Of a stretch of DNA of 32,697 nucleotides, positions 6,834 to 17,500 are shown one piece after another. Every line of letters starts with the position of its first letter. Positions within the stretch are counted from its first letter, which is position 1. Made by a program: the position numbers and the translations under genes. Below the pieces are notes generated by a model that had not been told where the DNA came from, ran no database searches, and saw nothing but the letters and a program-made list of their open reading frames with translations. Origin of the DNA: an uncultured Clostridia bacterium (GTDB taxonomy: Bacteria > Bacillota > Clostridia > UBA1381); the NCBI GenBank assembly GCA_944391635.1, contig CALXUL010000145.1:1-32697 (forward strand). Reading direction: 5' to 3'.

Positions 6834-9140
6834 TCAATCTTTGTATTTATTTTTATCTCTATATTTCCCCGGCGGCATTCCAGTATATTTTGAAAAAATT
6901 CTTGTAAAAGTTCTCAAATTTGAATATCCAATATTTTCCGCAATAACTTCTACCGACCAATCTGTTGTTTTAAGGAGTTCCTTTGCTTTATTTACTCGTG
7001 TTTCATTAATATACTCAAGCATGCCTTGATTTGTTGTTTTCTTAAACACGCTTGAAAGATAACTCTGATTCATATAAAAATGCTTTGCAATTGCCGCTAC
7101 ATTTAGTGACGTATCATCATAATATGAGTTTATATATGTTTTAACTTCATTTACTATCTCAGAAATATGAGTACTTTGTTTATATGCGCTTTTACTGCAT
7201 ATATCCCTTAGAATGTCCAAAATCTCACTTCTCATTTTTCTTACAGTAGTACAATCTTCAATACGTTTAATAATGCGATCCTGCTCTATAATGTCGTTTT
7301 CAAACACATTATTTCGCACCTTCATAATTGCACATATTATATCATACATAAGACATTTTGCTTTTTGTATTGAAATTTTGTTTTGTTCAAGATTAATGTT
7401 TAAAATCTCATCAAGAATTATTTGTGTTGTTTCAAAATCACCGCTTCTCAAACAATCTATCATATTTATTTCTTTTTCTATCGGAAAATAATACAATTTT
7501 TCATTATCACTAACAGTATTGTCATAAACTATAACGCTGCCCGGTTCGACAAAACCTTGCTCAATGCACTGCATTGCCTCCTGATAAGATAACATCAGTG
7601 AATTAAGTCCTTTATGTACCAAAGACATTCCCGATATAAATTCAATATTAAAATTCTTGCTTATAATCTCTTCTGCCTTTTTGATACTATTGTATGCTTC
7701 TGTCTGTTCTTCCGTACCCATATTAAGTATACAACACAGCATACCTCCTATATCACAGAACAAACAATTATATTGATATGGCATAATTTCTTCAATAATA
7801 TTAGCTACAATAAGTTTTGCCAAATCATAATTTTCTGAGTTGTCTTCTTGGTTTGCCTCAAAAAATATTTCACTTAAATCCTCAAAGTAAAAAACCGCTA
7901 CAGCAAAATATTGATGTTTAAATACTATTCCAAGATTTTCCAGAGATTCTTCTGCCTCAAAATCAGAGCTTGCATTTGAATTAGTCATAAGTTTTAAAAA
8001 TATAGCATCCCGCAGTATCAAATCCTGTATTTCCCTTTTTGATTCAAGCCCGTTCTTTTTCTTAATTATCTGGGTAATCCATTCATTAATGTAATTAAAT
8101 TCATCGGTATTCTCATCTTGAGAAAGCTGCATGTCTTCGTTCTTTTCAAGTCTGTTTATCAGTTGTCTTATAGGTTTATGCTGATGTTTTACAAAAGCAT
8201 AAATCATCCCGCTTCCTACAAAAAGCCATAGCAGCATCATTCCTCCGGTTTGGACGCGCATAGTGTTAATTACAGACGTATATTGCTTATTATTTATCGA
8301 ATAAATATATACCCAGTTATTCTGATCAGATTTTACAGAAAGCATCACATTGTTATTGACATAGTTAAGCTCAACATTACTGCCTGTCTCCAAATATTTA
8401 TTTAGCATTTTATCAATTGCACCCGCTTGAGAATTACCGAAAATAAACTTCTGCTGGTCTTTATCAAAAATAAGGAATGTTTTTTTATTGCCGCTTTCAT
8501 CACTAAAATTAGTCCATTGATCTGTTTTTATCTCTATAACTACAGTTGCAAGAGGAGTGCTATAATCTTCTCCAAAAACCGAAACGAAATAAAACAATTC
8601 ACTCTGACCTGGTATCTGTTCAATATTAGGAATAATTACATATTTCCCATAGCTTTTCTGTTTTAACAGATATATATACTCATCATACGAAATTGCCTTA
8701 TCAGAATAATAGGTATTATAATATCTTTCACTTCGGGTGTTAGTCTTTCCTCCAGCAATGTAATCTGTATTATGAAAATAAATATACATATTATCAATTT
8801 CCACGTCAGAATAATGCCACGATTCTATTTTGGCACAAACATCAAGTAAATTATACTTATATTGTTCATTCGCTTCTGTACGCAGAATCATATCCTGAAC
8901 AAAAGGATCATATGCAATCTGACTGGCTAAATTATTCACAACAATTTGAAAATCGTCAATATATATTTTTCTATTTTGAAGCAATTCAATATTTATTTTG
9001 TCAATTTGTTCAAGCATATTATCTTCAATTTTAATATATGTATAAAAGTTAAAAACAGCAGTTACAAATAATATAATAATATACGATACTGCCCATGAAA
9101 CCACTACTTTGTTTTGTCTGAATATGTTTTTCAAAAGCAA
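6834..9140 (-). CDS. Membrane-spanning sensor fused to an AraC/XylS-family HTH regulator
   Basis: 768 aa. An N-terminal TM (VVSWAVSYIIILFVTAVFNFYTYI), a ~270-aa extracytoplasmic region and a second TM (GGMMLLWLFVGSGMIYAFV) precede the C-terminal AraC HTH (LNVAAIAKHFYMNQSYLSSVFKK...VIAENIGYSNLRTFTRIFSKYTGMPPGKYR). The TTG start at 9140 abuts the GH105 stop at 9141, preceded by GAGGAG. Confidence 0.85.
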   Translation of the reverse strand: MLLKNIFRQNKVVVSWAVSYIIILFVTAVFNFYTYIKIEDNMLEQIDKINIELLQNRKIYIDDFQIVVNNLASQIAYDPFVQDMILRTEANEQYKYNLLDVCAKIESWHYSDVEIDNMYIYFHNTDYIAGGKTNTRSERYYNTYYSDKAISYDEYIYLLKQKSYGKYVIIPNIEQIPGQSELFYFVSVFGEDYSTPLATVVIEIKTDQWTNFSDESGNKKTFLIFDKDQQKFIFGNSQAGAIDKMLNKYLETGSNVELNYVNNNVMLSVKSDQNNWVYIYSINNKQYTSVINTMRVQTGGMMLLWLFVGSGMIYAFVKHQHKPIRQLINRLEKNEDMQLSQDENTDEFNYINEWITQIIKKKNGLESKREIQDLILRDAIFLKLMTNSNASSDFEAEESLENLGIVFKHQYFAVAVFYFEDLSEIFFEANQEDNSENYDLAKLIVANIIEEIMPYQYNCLFCDIGGMLCCILNMGTEEQTEAYNSIKKAEEIISKNFNIEFISGMSLVHKGLNSLMLSYQEAMQCIEQGFVEPGSVIVYDNTVSDNEKLYYFPIEKEINMIDCLRSGDFETTQIILDEILNINLEQNKISIQKAKCLMYDIICAIMKVRNNVFENDIIEQDRIIKRIEDCTTVRKMRSEILDILRDICSKSAYKQSTHISEIVNEVKTYINSYYDDTSLNVAAIAKHFYMNQSYLSSVFKKTTNQGMLEYINETRVNKAKELLKTTDWSVEVIAENIGYSNLRTFTRIFSKYTGMPPGKYRDKNKYKD

Positions 9141-10229
9141 CTACTCCTCAGTCTCGATTAACAACTTCTCCATTTCACAGCACATCATAACAAACGCTCC
9201 AACGCCATGTAAATCATTAATCCCCCTTGGTCTTGATATGTAATGGTCATAATTACCCACTCCGGTTCCCGCGCATATAGAGGGCATATATACTCGGTTA
9301 TTCTCAAGATATAAAGATTTTATGATACCATCATATCCACATATCGCATAATCCGCATAATTTTTGCCAAGATATCCTCTGCGAACGGCTTTTGCAATAG
9401 AATAGGTAAAAAGCGCAGAGCAGGAAGTTTCGGTCCAATTCCCGCATACGCTGCCCTTGTCAACAACCTGGTACCAAAGCCCGTTTTCTAAGTTCTGGTA
9501 TTTTACAACCGATTCCAAAAGACCGGTAAGATAGCCGCAAACCGCTTTATAACCATAATAATCTTTTGGAAAGAAATCAAGCATATCCACAAGACTTAAG
9601 GCAACCCAGCCTATTGCCCTGCCCCAAAATTCTTCTGACAGCCCGGTTTCCTTATCTGCCCACTCTGCTTTGCGGGAACAATCCCACGCATGGTATAGAA
9701 GTCCGGTTTTTTCGTCCCTCATATTCTCAAACATAATCTTAATCTGACGATATATAAGGTCGAACAGGTCGTGCCTGCCGTACCTTGCCGCATATGGAGC
9801 AAGCAGTGAACCTGCCATATAAAGACCGTCAAGCCACATCTGGTTGGGCTTATTATGCATATGCCAAAATCCCCCTTGGGGCGTAAAATCCCAGCGTTCC
9901 AAATAACCTATAAAATTATCAAGAACTTTTTTGTAATGGGCCGTCCCCGTTTTGTCATATAACATAAAAAGAAGCCTTGCAGCCTGAAGGTCATCCAGCT
10001 TATCGCGGTAATGGAAGCGAATGCTGCCATCCTCTATTATGTTACTGTCAATCCATTCCTTTATATAATTATAATACTTTTCATCCCCCGTTTCAAGGTA
10101 AACTTTTTCCATACCGCTTAAAAAAACACCCTGGATATAATGGAATCTCCCTTTTTGCGGCAAATCCGGCGCGTCATATTCATTCATGACAGTGTCGCAC
10201 ATCATCATTGCATATTCCAAAGCCTTCAT
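9141..10229 (-). CDS. GH105 unsaturated rhamnogalacturonyl/glucuronyl hydrolase (YteR/YesR-like, Glyco_hydro_88 superfamily)
   Basis: YteR-like layout with FHYIQGVFLSGMEKVY, MWLDGLYMAG, LLYHAWD and WGRAIGWV. I set the start at ATG 10229, with GGGAGG 9 nt upstream. The ORF-track first codon is a TTG at 10232. Confidence 0.8.
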   Translation of the reverse strand: MKALEYAMMMCDTVMNEYDAPDLPQKGRFHYIQGVFLSGMEKVYLETGDEKYYNYIKEWIDSNIIEDGSIRFHYRDKLDDLQAARLLFMLYDKTGTAHYKKVLDNFIGYLERWDFTPQGGFWHMHNKPNQMWLDGLYMAGSLLAPYAARYGRHDLFDLIYRQIKIMFENMRDEKTGLLYHAWDCSRKAEWADKETGLSEEFWGRAIGWVALSLVDMLDFFPKDYYGYKAVCGYLTGLLESVVKYQNLENGLWYQVVDKGSVCGNWTETSCSALFTYSIAKAVRRGYLGKNYADYAICGYDGIIKSLYLENNRVYMPSICAGTGVGNYDHYISRPRGINDLHGVGAFVMMCCEMEKLLIETEE

Positions 10230-10251
10230 CAAATGAATCCTCCCTTATTTT

Positions 10252-10289
10252 AAATCCGGCAGCAGAAAAGCTCCTGCTGCCGGATTTTT
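10252..10289. terminator. 14-bp GC-rich hairpin between the esterase and GH105 genes (internal terminator or attenuator)
   Basis: AAATCCGGCAGCAG (10252..10265) pairs with CTGCTGCCGGATTT (10274..10287). A T-run follows on the plus strand; only a partial TTT follows on the minus strand. Confidence 0.45.
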
Positions 10290-10292
10290 ATA

Positions 10293-13244
10293 TTATTGAT
10301 ATTCCCCTATCCTAAAAGGTGTTGATAACAAACCAGCGGAATTATATAGATTAACCATTGGGTCCGGATATGGAGCAAAACCGAACCTTACCGCAACAGG
10401 TATATGTTCGCAGTCAGATACATTTATCTTATTTGCTCCATCTATCTGAGCGTTGGCACTGTACCAATTCCCGTCCGAATCCATTATTTCAAACCCGTTT
10501 AATACCTCACCACTACACTGAAGACCGCTGTACACATTCTCAAAATACACCGAAATAACATCGCCTTGCACCTCATAGTAAACAGGCGACGGATACATAT
10601 ATTCAACATCCATACCATACACCATGCCTTTTGCAACAAGCGCAAGCCTATGCGCCGGCGTATATTTATCTGTTGGATGAATATTGTCCTTTTCACCAGA
10701 CTCAAGAATTACAGCCATACCTACGTTGTCAAGGCTTTCGTCCTGCGCGAATTTAAGCTGTGCTTCCCTTAAATACGGATAATAACTTATATTTTCAACG
10801 TCTTCCCTGCCGTACGCCGCGAGCTGTGTAATGATAAATGGCATATCAAGATCGCCCCATCTTTGGCGCCAGTCATTCAGCATAATCTTGGAAAGCTCAT
10901 AATATTCGTCATACAGTTCAACATTCGCACAGCCTTGATACCATATGCAGCCTTTTAAAGTATATGGTATTATCGGTGCAATCATTGCATTAAATATTCT
11001 TGAGGCACTGCGTTTCAAGTCGGTTGGAGAAATATAGTCAGCCCTTTCGGCAAGAGGGCTGTCCAAAAGTGCTTCCCTGCTTACAAAAGACTCCATCCTC
11101 GCACCGCCGTATGCTGCAAAAATCAAGCCTACAGGCACATCGAGATCCTTGTGCAACTCTTTCCCAAATAAATACCCCACTGCCGAAAATGACTGGACCG
11201 TTTCAGGGGAACACTCATTCCAGCCGCCGTTTATAACATCTCCGGAAATATTCTCCGTCCCATTTTTTGTCTGAGAAAACAGTCTTATTTCAGGATAATC
11301 TGCACTTGCAATTTCCTCGCTTGCGCCGTCAGCCCTTACAAGCGATAGTTCCATATTTGACTGTCCGCTGCAAAGCCATACATCTCCCGCAAGAATATTG
11401 TTAAATGTCAGGGACGCTCCTGCGTCAGATGACACAGCCATTGTATATGGATTATCGAGTGCGCTGATCGCTTCTGCGGTTAATTCCCATTTCCCGTCAT
11501 CACCGGCAAGCGTATTGTATGAATTATTACCGATTTCAACAGTTACTGTACTTCCGGGGACAGCTTCACCCCATACCTTAAAGGCTTCATCCCTTTGTAT
11601 AACTGCGTTATCGCCGAAAACTGACGGCAGCCAAAGCAATTCTCGCGAACCAAGCGTTTTTGCATTTATTACAGGTCGCATATTATTGTCCCAGACAAAA
11701 AGCTTCGCGCTGCAGCCAGTCATATCTTCTGAAGAAACAGTAACTTCAAAAGACGTGACCGCTTCTGCCTCAACTACACCTTTCTCTATGTTAACTGTCT
11801 TAAGCGCACCTGTACTGTCGTAGAGCGCCAAAACCAATACTATATCCTTCGATTCATCAAGAGGGTTATTGACGGTCATGGATGCGTTTAAATCCCCGCC
11901 GTACGGCACTGCATTTACTTCATTGCCGGTAGTGTCTGTAAACTTATATGTACCGGCTGCTATCAATTCATCTATATTCTCGATTATATCCGCACCGCTT
12001 ACAAGAGTAAAATCATCAAACATTATACTTTGGGAATAGTTTGAAAGGAAAATAGAAATCTTATTTAGGTCTACAGCCCCGTCTCTAGGATATATATCAT
12101 CTATATATGCATTGTCAACATATAGCCGTGCCCTTCTTTCACTTTTGTAAACTACCATTCTTATATTTATCCACTCGTCCGCTCCAATACCGTCTTTTGC
12201 CAAGAGCATCGTATTTTCATCGCCCGTAAAATACATTACAGTACCGCCTGAACTAATATTTATGCAAGGTCCAGTGCTTATCGCATAATTGTCGCTAACC
12301 GATATGTTAACGCCTGCATTCAAATAGCTTTCACTTGGGATCATTACCTTATATGAAACAGTAAATACATCCTCTTGGGCTACCAGCGATGAAAAATCCC
12401 ACAACAGAGCCGCGTTGGCACTGCTTCCTTTTGTAAGAGTCAGATAATTGTTATTTCCGTCCGTTTCAATTATCCCTGTTACCGCCGTGTTTGACCTAAG
12501 TTTCCAATAAGGCAGGCTTCCAACGCTTACTCCAGCTTCCGCTTCTTCAAAATTCTCGCTTAAATTACACTCTATTTTAATATTTACGCCGTCTTCTACT
12601 ACAAAATCATCAAAATAAAGGCTTTGAACCTTATTTGACATAAAAATTGACAGCATTGTCAGATTCTCGCTTGTACTACGCGGCAGCATCTCGGAAATAA
12701 GCGAATTGTTTATATATAACATCGCCCTGCGCTCCGTCTTATATACTACCATACTAATATCTATCCATTCGTCCGCCGAAAGCCCGGATACCGCCGTTGC
12801 CTGCGTGTTGCCTTCGCCGGTAAAATATTTGATTATTCCGTTTCCTGCCACGCTGATACATGGGCCTGTGCTCCCTGCCTCAGTTTCTGAAATGGAAATA
12901 TTCGTGTTTGCTGACTCATAGCTATCTTGAGGTATTTGCAGCCTATACGATACCGTATATACATCGCTTGCTGCAACCTGATCCGAGAAATCCCACCTTA
13001 AAGCGCCATTTGCGTTTGCACTCCTGGTGAATTCCAAGTACTTATTCCCACTTTCTTCTTTAATAACTCCCGTAACGCCGGTATTATTCCTTAATATCCA
13101 GTTTGGCACAGTGCTTATAGTCGTCCCTGCGTCATACAATTCAAAGTCCTCCTGCAAGGCTGCGCCTGCTGCCTGTACAGGCCACACGCAGCACAGCGAC
13201 ATTAGTATTACAGCTGACATAAATACACTTATAATTTTTTTCAT
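10293..13244 (-). CDS. Secreted multidomain carbohydrate O-acetyl esterase: two LamG/concanavalin-like modules, an Ig-like spacer, and a SASA (sialate O-acetylesterase-like, SGNH) domain
   Basis: Signal peptide ends at VQA|AG. The catalytic motif GDVWLCSGQSNME (Ser codon near 11358..11360) and the downstream WYQGCAN and DNIHPTDK motifs are typical of the SASA/DUF303 family (about nt 10296..11642). GAGGAGGG precedes the ATG at 13244. Confidence 0.8.
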   Translation of the reverse strand: MKKIISVFMSAVILMSLCCVWPVQAAGAALQEDFELYDAGTTISTVPNWILRNNTGVTGVIKEESGNKYLEFTRSANANGALRWDFSDQVAASDVYTVSYRLQIPQDSYESANTNISISETEAGSTGPCISVAGNGIIKYFTGEGNTQATAVSGLSADEWIDISMVVYKTERRAMLYINNSLISEMLPRSTSENLTMLSIFMSNKVQSLYFDDFVVEDGVNIKIECNLSENFEEAEAGVSVGSLPYWKLRSNTAVTGIIETDGNNNYLTLTKGSSANAALLWDFSSLVAQEDVFTVSYKVMIPSESYLNAGVNISVSDNYAISTGPCINISSGGTVMYFTGDENTMLLAKDGIGADEWINIRMVVYKSERRARLYVDNAYIDDIYPRDGAVDLNKISIFLSNYSQSIMFDDFTLVSGADIIENIDELIAAGTYKFTDTTGNEVNAVPYGGDLNASMTVNNPLDESKDIVLVLALYDSTGALKTVNIEKGVVEAEAVTSFEVTVSSEDMTGCSAKLFVWDNNMRPVINAKTLGSRELLWLPSVFGDNAVIQRDEAFKVWGEAVPGSTVTVEIGNNSYNTLAGDDGKWELTAEAISALDNPYTMAVSSDAGASLTFNNILAGDVWLCSGQSNMELSLVRADGASEEIASADYPEIRLFSQTKNGTENISGDVINGGWNECSPETVQSFSAVGYLFGKELHKDLDVPVGLIFAAYGGARMESFVSREALLDSPLAERADYISPTDLKRSASRIFNAMIAPIIPYTLKGCIWYQGCANVELYDEYYELSKIMLNDWRQRWGDLDMPFIITQLAAYGREDVENISYYPYLREAQLKFAQDESLDNVGMAVILESGEKDNIHPTDKYTPAHRLALVAKGMVYGMDVEYMYPSPVYYEVQGDVISVYFENVYSGLQCSGEVLNGFEIMDSDGNWYSANAQIDGANKINVSDCEHIPVAVRFGFAPYPDPMVNLYNSAGLLSTPFRIGEYQ
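11994..13157 (-). repeat. Tandem in-gene duplication of a ~190-aa LamG-like module (aa 30-219 and 228-417)
   Basis: The two copies align without gaps and are about 50% identical by my count. Landmarks fall at identical offsets: STGPC, YFTG, ADEWI, MVVYK-ERRA-LY, FDDF. Confidence 0.8.
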
Positions 13245-13265
13245 TTCTTGCCCTCCTCTTTTCTT

Positions 13266-14549
13266 TTATTTTACTTCGTATCTATACACCCTGTCAGATA
13301 AAAATTCGCCGCCCAAAAAACTGTCCCAGACATAAAGCTCAACCCTCTGATTATCGTCTAATTCATCAATGACAAAGATTCTTTCTTCTTCAGGTGCGAT
13401 AACCCTTTCTCTAAAAACTTTTGACTTAACGAACATGTCGCCTTCCCACACAGCAGCTATCACAAGCAATTCCGCTTCAGCACCGGTTGGATTAATAAAT
13501 TCAGCATTTATTTCCACACTCCCGTCCGCCTGCAAGAACTCGGCAAAAGTAAGGCAGGCAGCTTCAGGCGCGGTAGTAAAGTTCCCGCTGATGCTTTCAC
13601 CAATGGCAACCCCATCAAACAGCTCTGCATCCTCATCAATAACCAGCGTGTATCGGGCATTTGGAATAAGCACCCCTTTAACGTCAAGTACAATCATGCC
13701 GTTTGTGTTGTCGTATCCAAACCTGTTAAACCCGGCTTCCTTATTATCCCTATACAAATGTACCTGCTCCTCGGTTATATTATATAAAGGGGTATTTAGG
13801 TAAATTTCCAATGTATCTGCAAAGGCGGACGGCATTGAAACTATATCCTGCCCGTTATACCCCACGCCGCTTATCATAGGCGTCGGAGCCTTAACCGACA
13901 GTTCAATGTCATCAACTGCGGCAAAACCTACTTTATTTTCATTTGTATGTCCGTAAAATCTTACGCTGTCAACTAAATCCAAGTCGGTAAAGCTGTATTG
14001 TTCCAGGATAGTTTCACCGTCTATTTGCACAGTATAGGATTTGTTCTCAAAATCAATCCTCATTACTACCCGGTACCATCGCCCTGTATCGTATTCCAGC
14101 TCCATATCAGCTACATTTAGTGTATCCTGCCAGCGTATCATGTTGACTTCCTTCGAAGACGCCTGACCTGACGCTGCTTTATACAGTGCCAGCCGGAAAT
14201 CGGTTTTATCGGAAAAATATACTGAAAAAGCAACAGTTAAATTTGTATCTGAAGTTTGTGAGATAACAACATATGGAGAACTTGTTTCTCCGGGCGTAGG
14301 CGTTTCTGCCATACCTATTTTAAGAGAGTTGCCATGCTCTTGGTCAATTTCATCTGTAACAAGATACCCTTTACGGGCATAGCCATACATTGCGCTGTTA
14401 TATACAAGCCTGGTCCCATCATATCTATAAGCAAATTCTTTCTCACTGAATACAAGCTGCTCAAGCGGAGATTGTGCAAAAGCCGTCGTTAACACTGATG
14501 ATATTACAAAAGCCAGCATGCAGCATATAACTTTCACTTTTATTTTCAC
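13266..14549 (-). CDS. Secreted protein with an N-terminal LamG-like module and Ig-like/beta-sandwich C-terminal domains; function unknown
   Basis: GTG start 4 nt after the upstream stop. Signal peptide is KIKVKVICCMLAFVISSVLTTAFA|QS. The module ends in VGFAAVDDIEL, the same terminal strand motif seen in the neighbouring proteins. Confidence 0.7.
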   Translation of the reverse strand: MKIKVKVICCMLAFVISSVLTTAFAQSPLEQLVFSEKEFAYRYDGTRLVYNSAMYGYARKGYLVTDEIDQEHGNSLKIGMAETPTPGETSSPYVVISQTSDTNLTVAFSVYFSDKTDFRLALYKAASGQASSKEVNMIRWQDTLNVADMELEYDTGRWYRVVMRIDFENKSYTVQIDGETILEQYSFTDLDLVDSVRFYGHTNENKVGFAAVDDIELSVKAPTPMISGVGYNGQDIVSMPSAFADTLEIYLNTPLYNITEEQVHLYRDNKEAGFNRFGYDNTNGMIVLDVKGVLIPNARYTLVIDEDAELFDGVAIGESISGNFTTAPEAACLTFAEFLQADGSVEINAEFINPTGAEAELLVIAAVWEGDMFVKSKVFRERVIAPEEERIFVIDELDDNQRVELYVWDSFLGGEFLSDRVYRYEVK

Positions 14550-14553
14550 GCTC

Positions 14554-17500
14554 TTACACCCCTTTCCGCTTTAACAACAGCATCTCAGTAATATTTCCGT
14601 TTACATTTGCCGGGTTACCGTTATTCACAAATTTAATATATCTTGCGTTATACATTTTATCAAGCTTATATACTTCATAGTCTTCGCTTGTACCGCTTGT
14701 TGTTATATCTGCAATCTTTTCATAATCCACACCATTTTCTGAACCGTACAAAGTATATTTATACTTACGTTCAGAACCTAACCAGAATGCCGTTGAAACA
14801 GCATCGAACTCAATTGACTCTCCAAAATCAAAAATTCCTTCAGCTCCAATTGTTTTACACGTCCATCTTGTGGACAGGTCTCCATCAATTGCATTTTGAC
14901 CGTTATTTGCAGCCTCCGGCTCTTCACTTACGGTAATGGCTTTCGCTCTGTATTGGTCATAGAAATCCAATATAGCGCTTGACGTAGCGCTGTATACTAT
15001 CCGGCTCTTCTGAACCTTTGTGCCGTCGGCGCTTATAACCTCGATTGAAACTTCCCCGTTTACTTCGGCATCGTCTGCTACTATCACCACTTTCTTATTA
15101 CTGTCATTCGGCACGACTCTAAATTCTGGGATAATATCCTCATCAACTACCGGTATAGTCGAGGAATCTTTCATCTTTACATCATCTACATACAGCTGAT
15201 ATCCAAAATCATCTTTCACGTTGCTATGCGTGCCACCCGGTACCTTCCAGGAACTTATTGGCTCATTAGGGATGTTATCAGTCTCCCAAGGCGACATACG
15301 TACGGTAAGCGTTACATTTCCGCTGTCTTTCAATCTAATTGCGACCTTGCTTATACCTTCATTCCCACCCTGTCCCTCTACAACAGGTGAACTTGGGAGC
15401 GGCTCAGCTTTCATAGTGCTCAGCTCAAATTCAGCCGCATCAGTTTCCATCTGCAAAATCAGACTCTTGCCGTTTTTAGACAATAACGCCGTTTTTGTAT
15501 CAAGTATTTCAATATTTGCCTTAGTATGCATAAACCAATATATTTCACTTTCCCTGTTTAACTCTATTTCATCACGTACTGTAAGGGAAGTATAGTCATC
15601 ACCGATATAGAATCCCCTTATAACAGAGTCCGCATCCTCATATAGTTCCGAAAGGTCATATACCGCATATCCCCCGGTTTCGCTTGACGCACTGTCTATT
15701 AATTCCGCAAACGTATTCTCTTTTTGAGAAAATCCGTCGTCATTATTTATTGTAAGTGTATTATGCCCTTCGGTCCGTTTGCGATAAATTTCACTGTCAC
15801 TGACTCCTAAATTATAGTTATCACGTCCAAGGTCAGTTGCCCATCTCACGCCCATCATGTCAAAAGCAAATGCGCCGCCATCGTTATGGGAATGATAATG
15901 CGTTGTCTGCCCCCCTTGCGCGGCAAAAACAAAGGCTTGAGGGTTAGTGTAATCTTCATGTACTGTAACCGATTCCGCGCCCTTTGCTACTATCATGCGC
16001 GGTATGTTTTGCGTATCTTCAGCAGTTACACCGGCTGTATAGAACAATGCATCAATGGGGTGTGCCTCAGGCTCATAAATGCCATAACTGGTATAGTCAC
16101 CCGACAGATTCATCTGCCGAATATATGCTAATCCCTTCTGATTAAAATATTTTGATAAGAATGACTGAGAAAAATATGAAAATATCCCTTCATCAATATT
16201 GGTATCGCCGTTGGCAATACTGCCGAGAGGCGATGCCCAGCCGGCTGCAAAATATCCTGTTTTGTCAAGTCCCTGATACTTCATAATACCATAATCAGTG
16301 CCAAGCGCGCAGTCAAGGCTGCTTATTATTTTTGCAAGGTTGTTCATACATACGTCCCAGTATTGGTTCCCTTCAGGCCATTGCCCGTCCGGTGCAAAGC
16401 CGTAAAGGTTATATTCTATGCTTCTTAGCGACTGCTGTAATAAATCGCCGCACAAATCGGGGTAAATGTCCATATAGGCAATTGCCGCGAGCACCAGTCC
16501 TCCGTTTACCCACAAATTATAGTTGCTTTTCCATTTTGCAAAAATTGACGAAACATTAGTTGAAACTGTAGACAAATTCGATGAAGAGCCTGGCAGTCCG
16601 GCGTAAAATACCCTATCCATAATAGACAGGCTAAGGCGGTACGCCGTATCCTCCATCAGTTTTTTCTGCTCATCGGTCAGTCCGCTGTAAAACCAATCAT
16701 AACCTATTGCAAGCCCTGCGCTATAGGATCCTGCATCAATAGGGTGGTTCTCGTTTATGTCGGGGTATTTGCTTATTCCTTCTATCTCAAGCCATGCCCT
16801 GTCAAGATATTTCTTATCACCGGTAATCTGATATGCAAAACCAAGATACATCATACGTTCTTCAAAATTCATCGCATACCCATTTTGCCGGAAAGCATCT
16901 TGAAAAGTATACGTAGTGCATATTTCCTGTGGTATAATATCCTCAGCCTGCTGTATCAAAAGCTCAACAATCCAAGCTAGCCCCTCATCGGAAAGCGCTT
17001 CTGTTTGTATTCGTTCAAAATCCTCTTTTGTCGCAAGCAGCCTCGGGTGTACCGAGCCGCCTGTAGTCGCATTAAACTTTTCAAGCAGCACATCTTTTTT
17101 CGGCCGCTCAAAAAACAAGAATGCATTTAACATCTGAATCGTTGACTGATACGTAAAATAGCCGTTTCTGTAAGTTTGCTTATAGTATGGTATTTCCGCC
17201 CCAACGTCAAAATACATCGGCGAATCCGAAACAATTACCATACCATACCCGTCGTCCAGGGTATATTTGCCCAGCACTTCCCGCGCAAACTTCCCAATCG
17301 GTATCATTGGGCTACAAAGCGAAAGGAAAATGCCGCCAAATTCTGTTTCTTGTCCATTTACAAAAAGCGTTTCACCCTTTTCATCTACGCTGCATTCAAT
17401 ACCAAAAGCATTACTTATATCCTCTGCTGATAAATAAAGTTCAGAATCCTGATAAACCGAATTATGTACTAAATCTGTCTTTTGACCATTTTTATACATA

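Noticed and set aside
6621-7029. ORFs 6621..6818 and 6766..7029 as real small genes.
   Set aside because: The first is better explained as a decayed transposase tail running into a terminator. The second is antisense to the 3' end of the araC-family gene. Neither has a ribosome-binding site.
11994-13157. Diversity-generating retroelement (template/variable repeat) as an explanation for the duplicated LamG modules.
   Set aside because: The window has no reverse transcriptase. The copies are only about 50% identical at the protein level, with differences spread over all positions rather than confined to adenine-templated codons.
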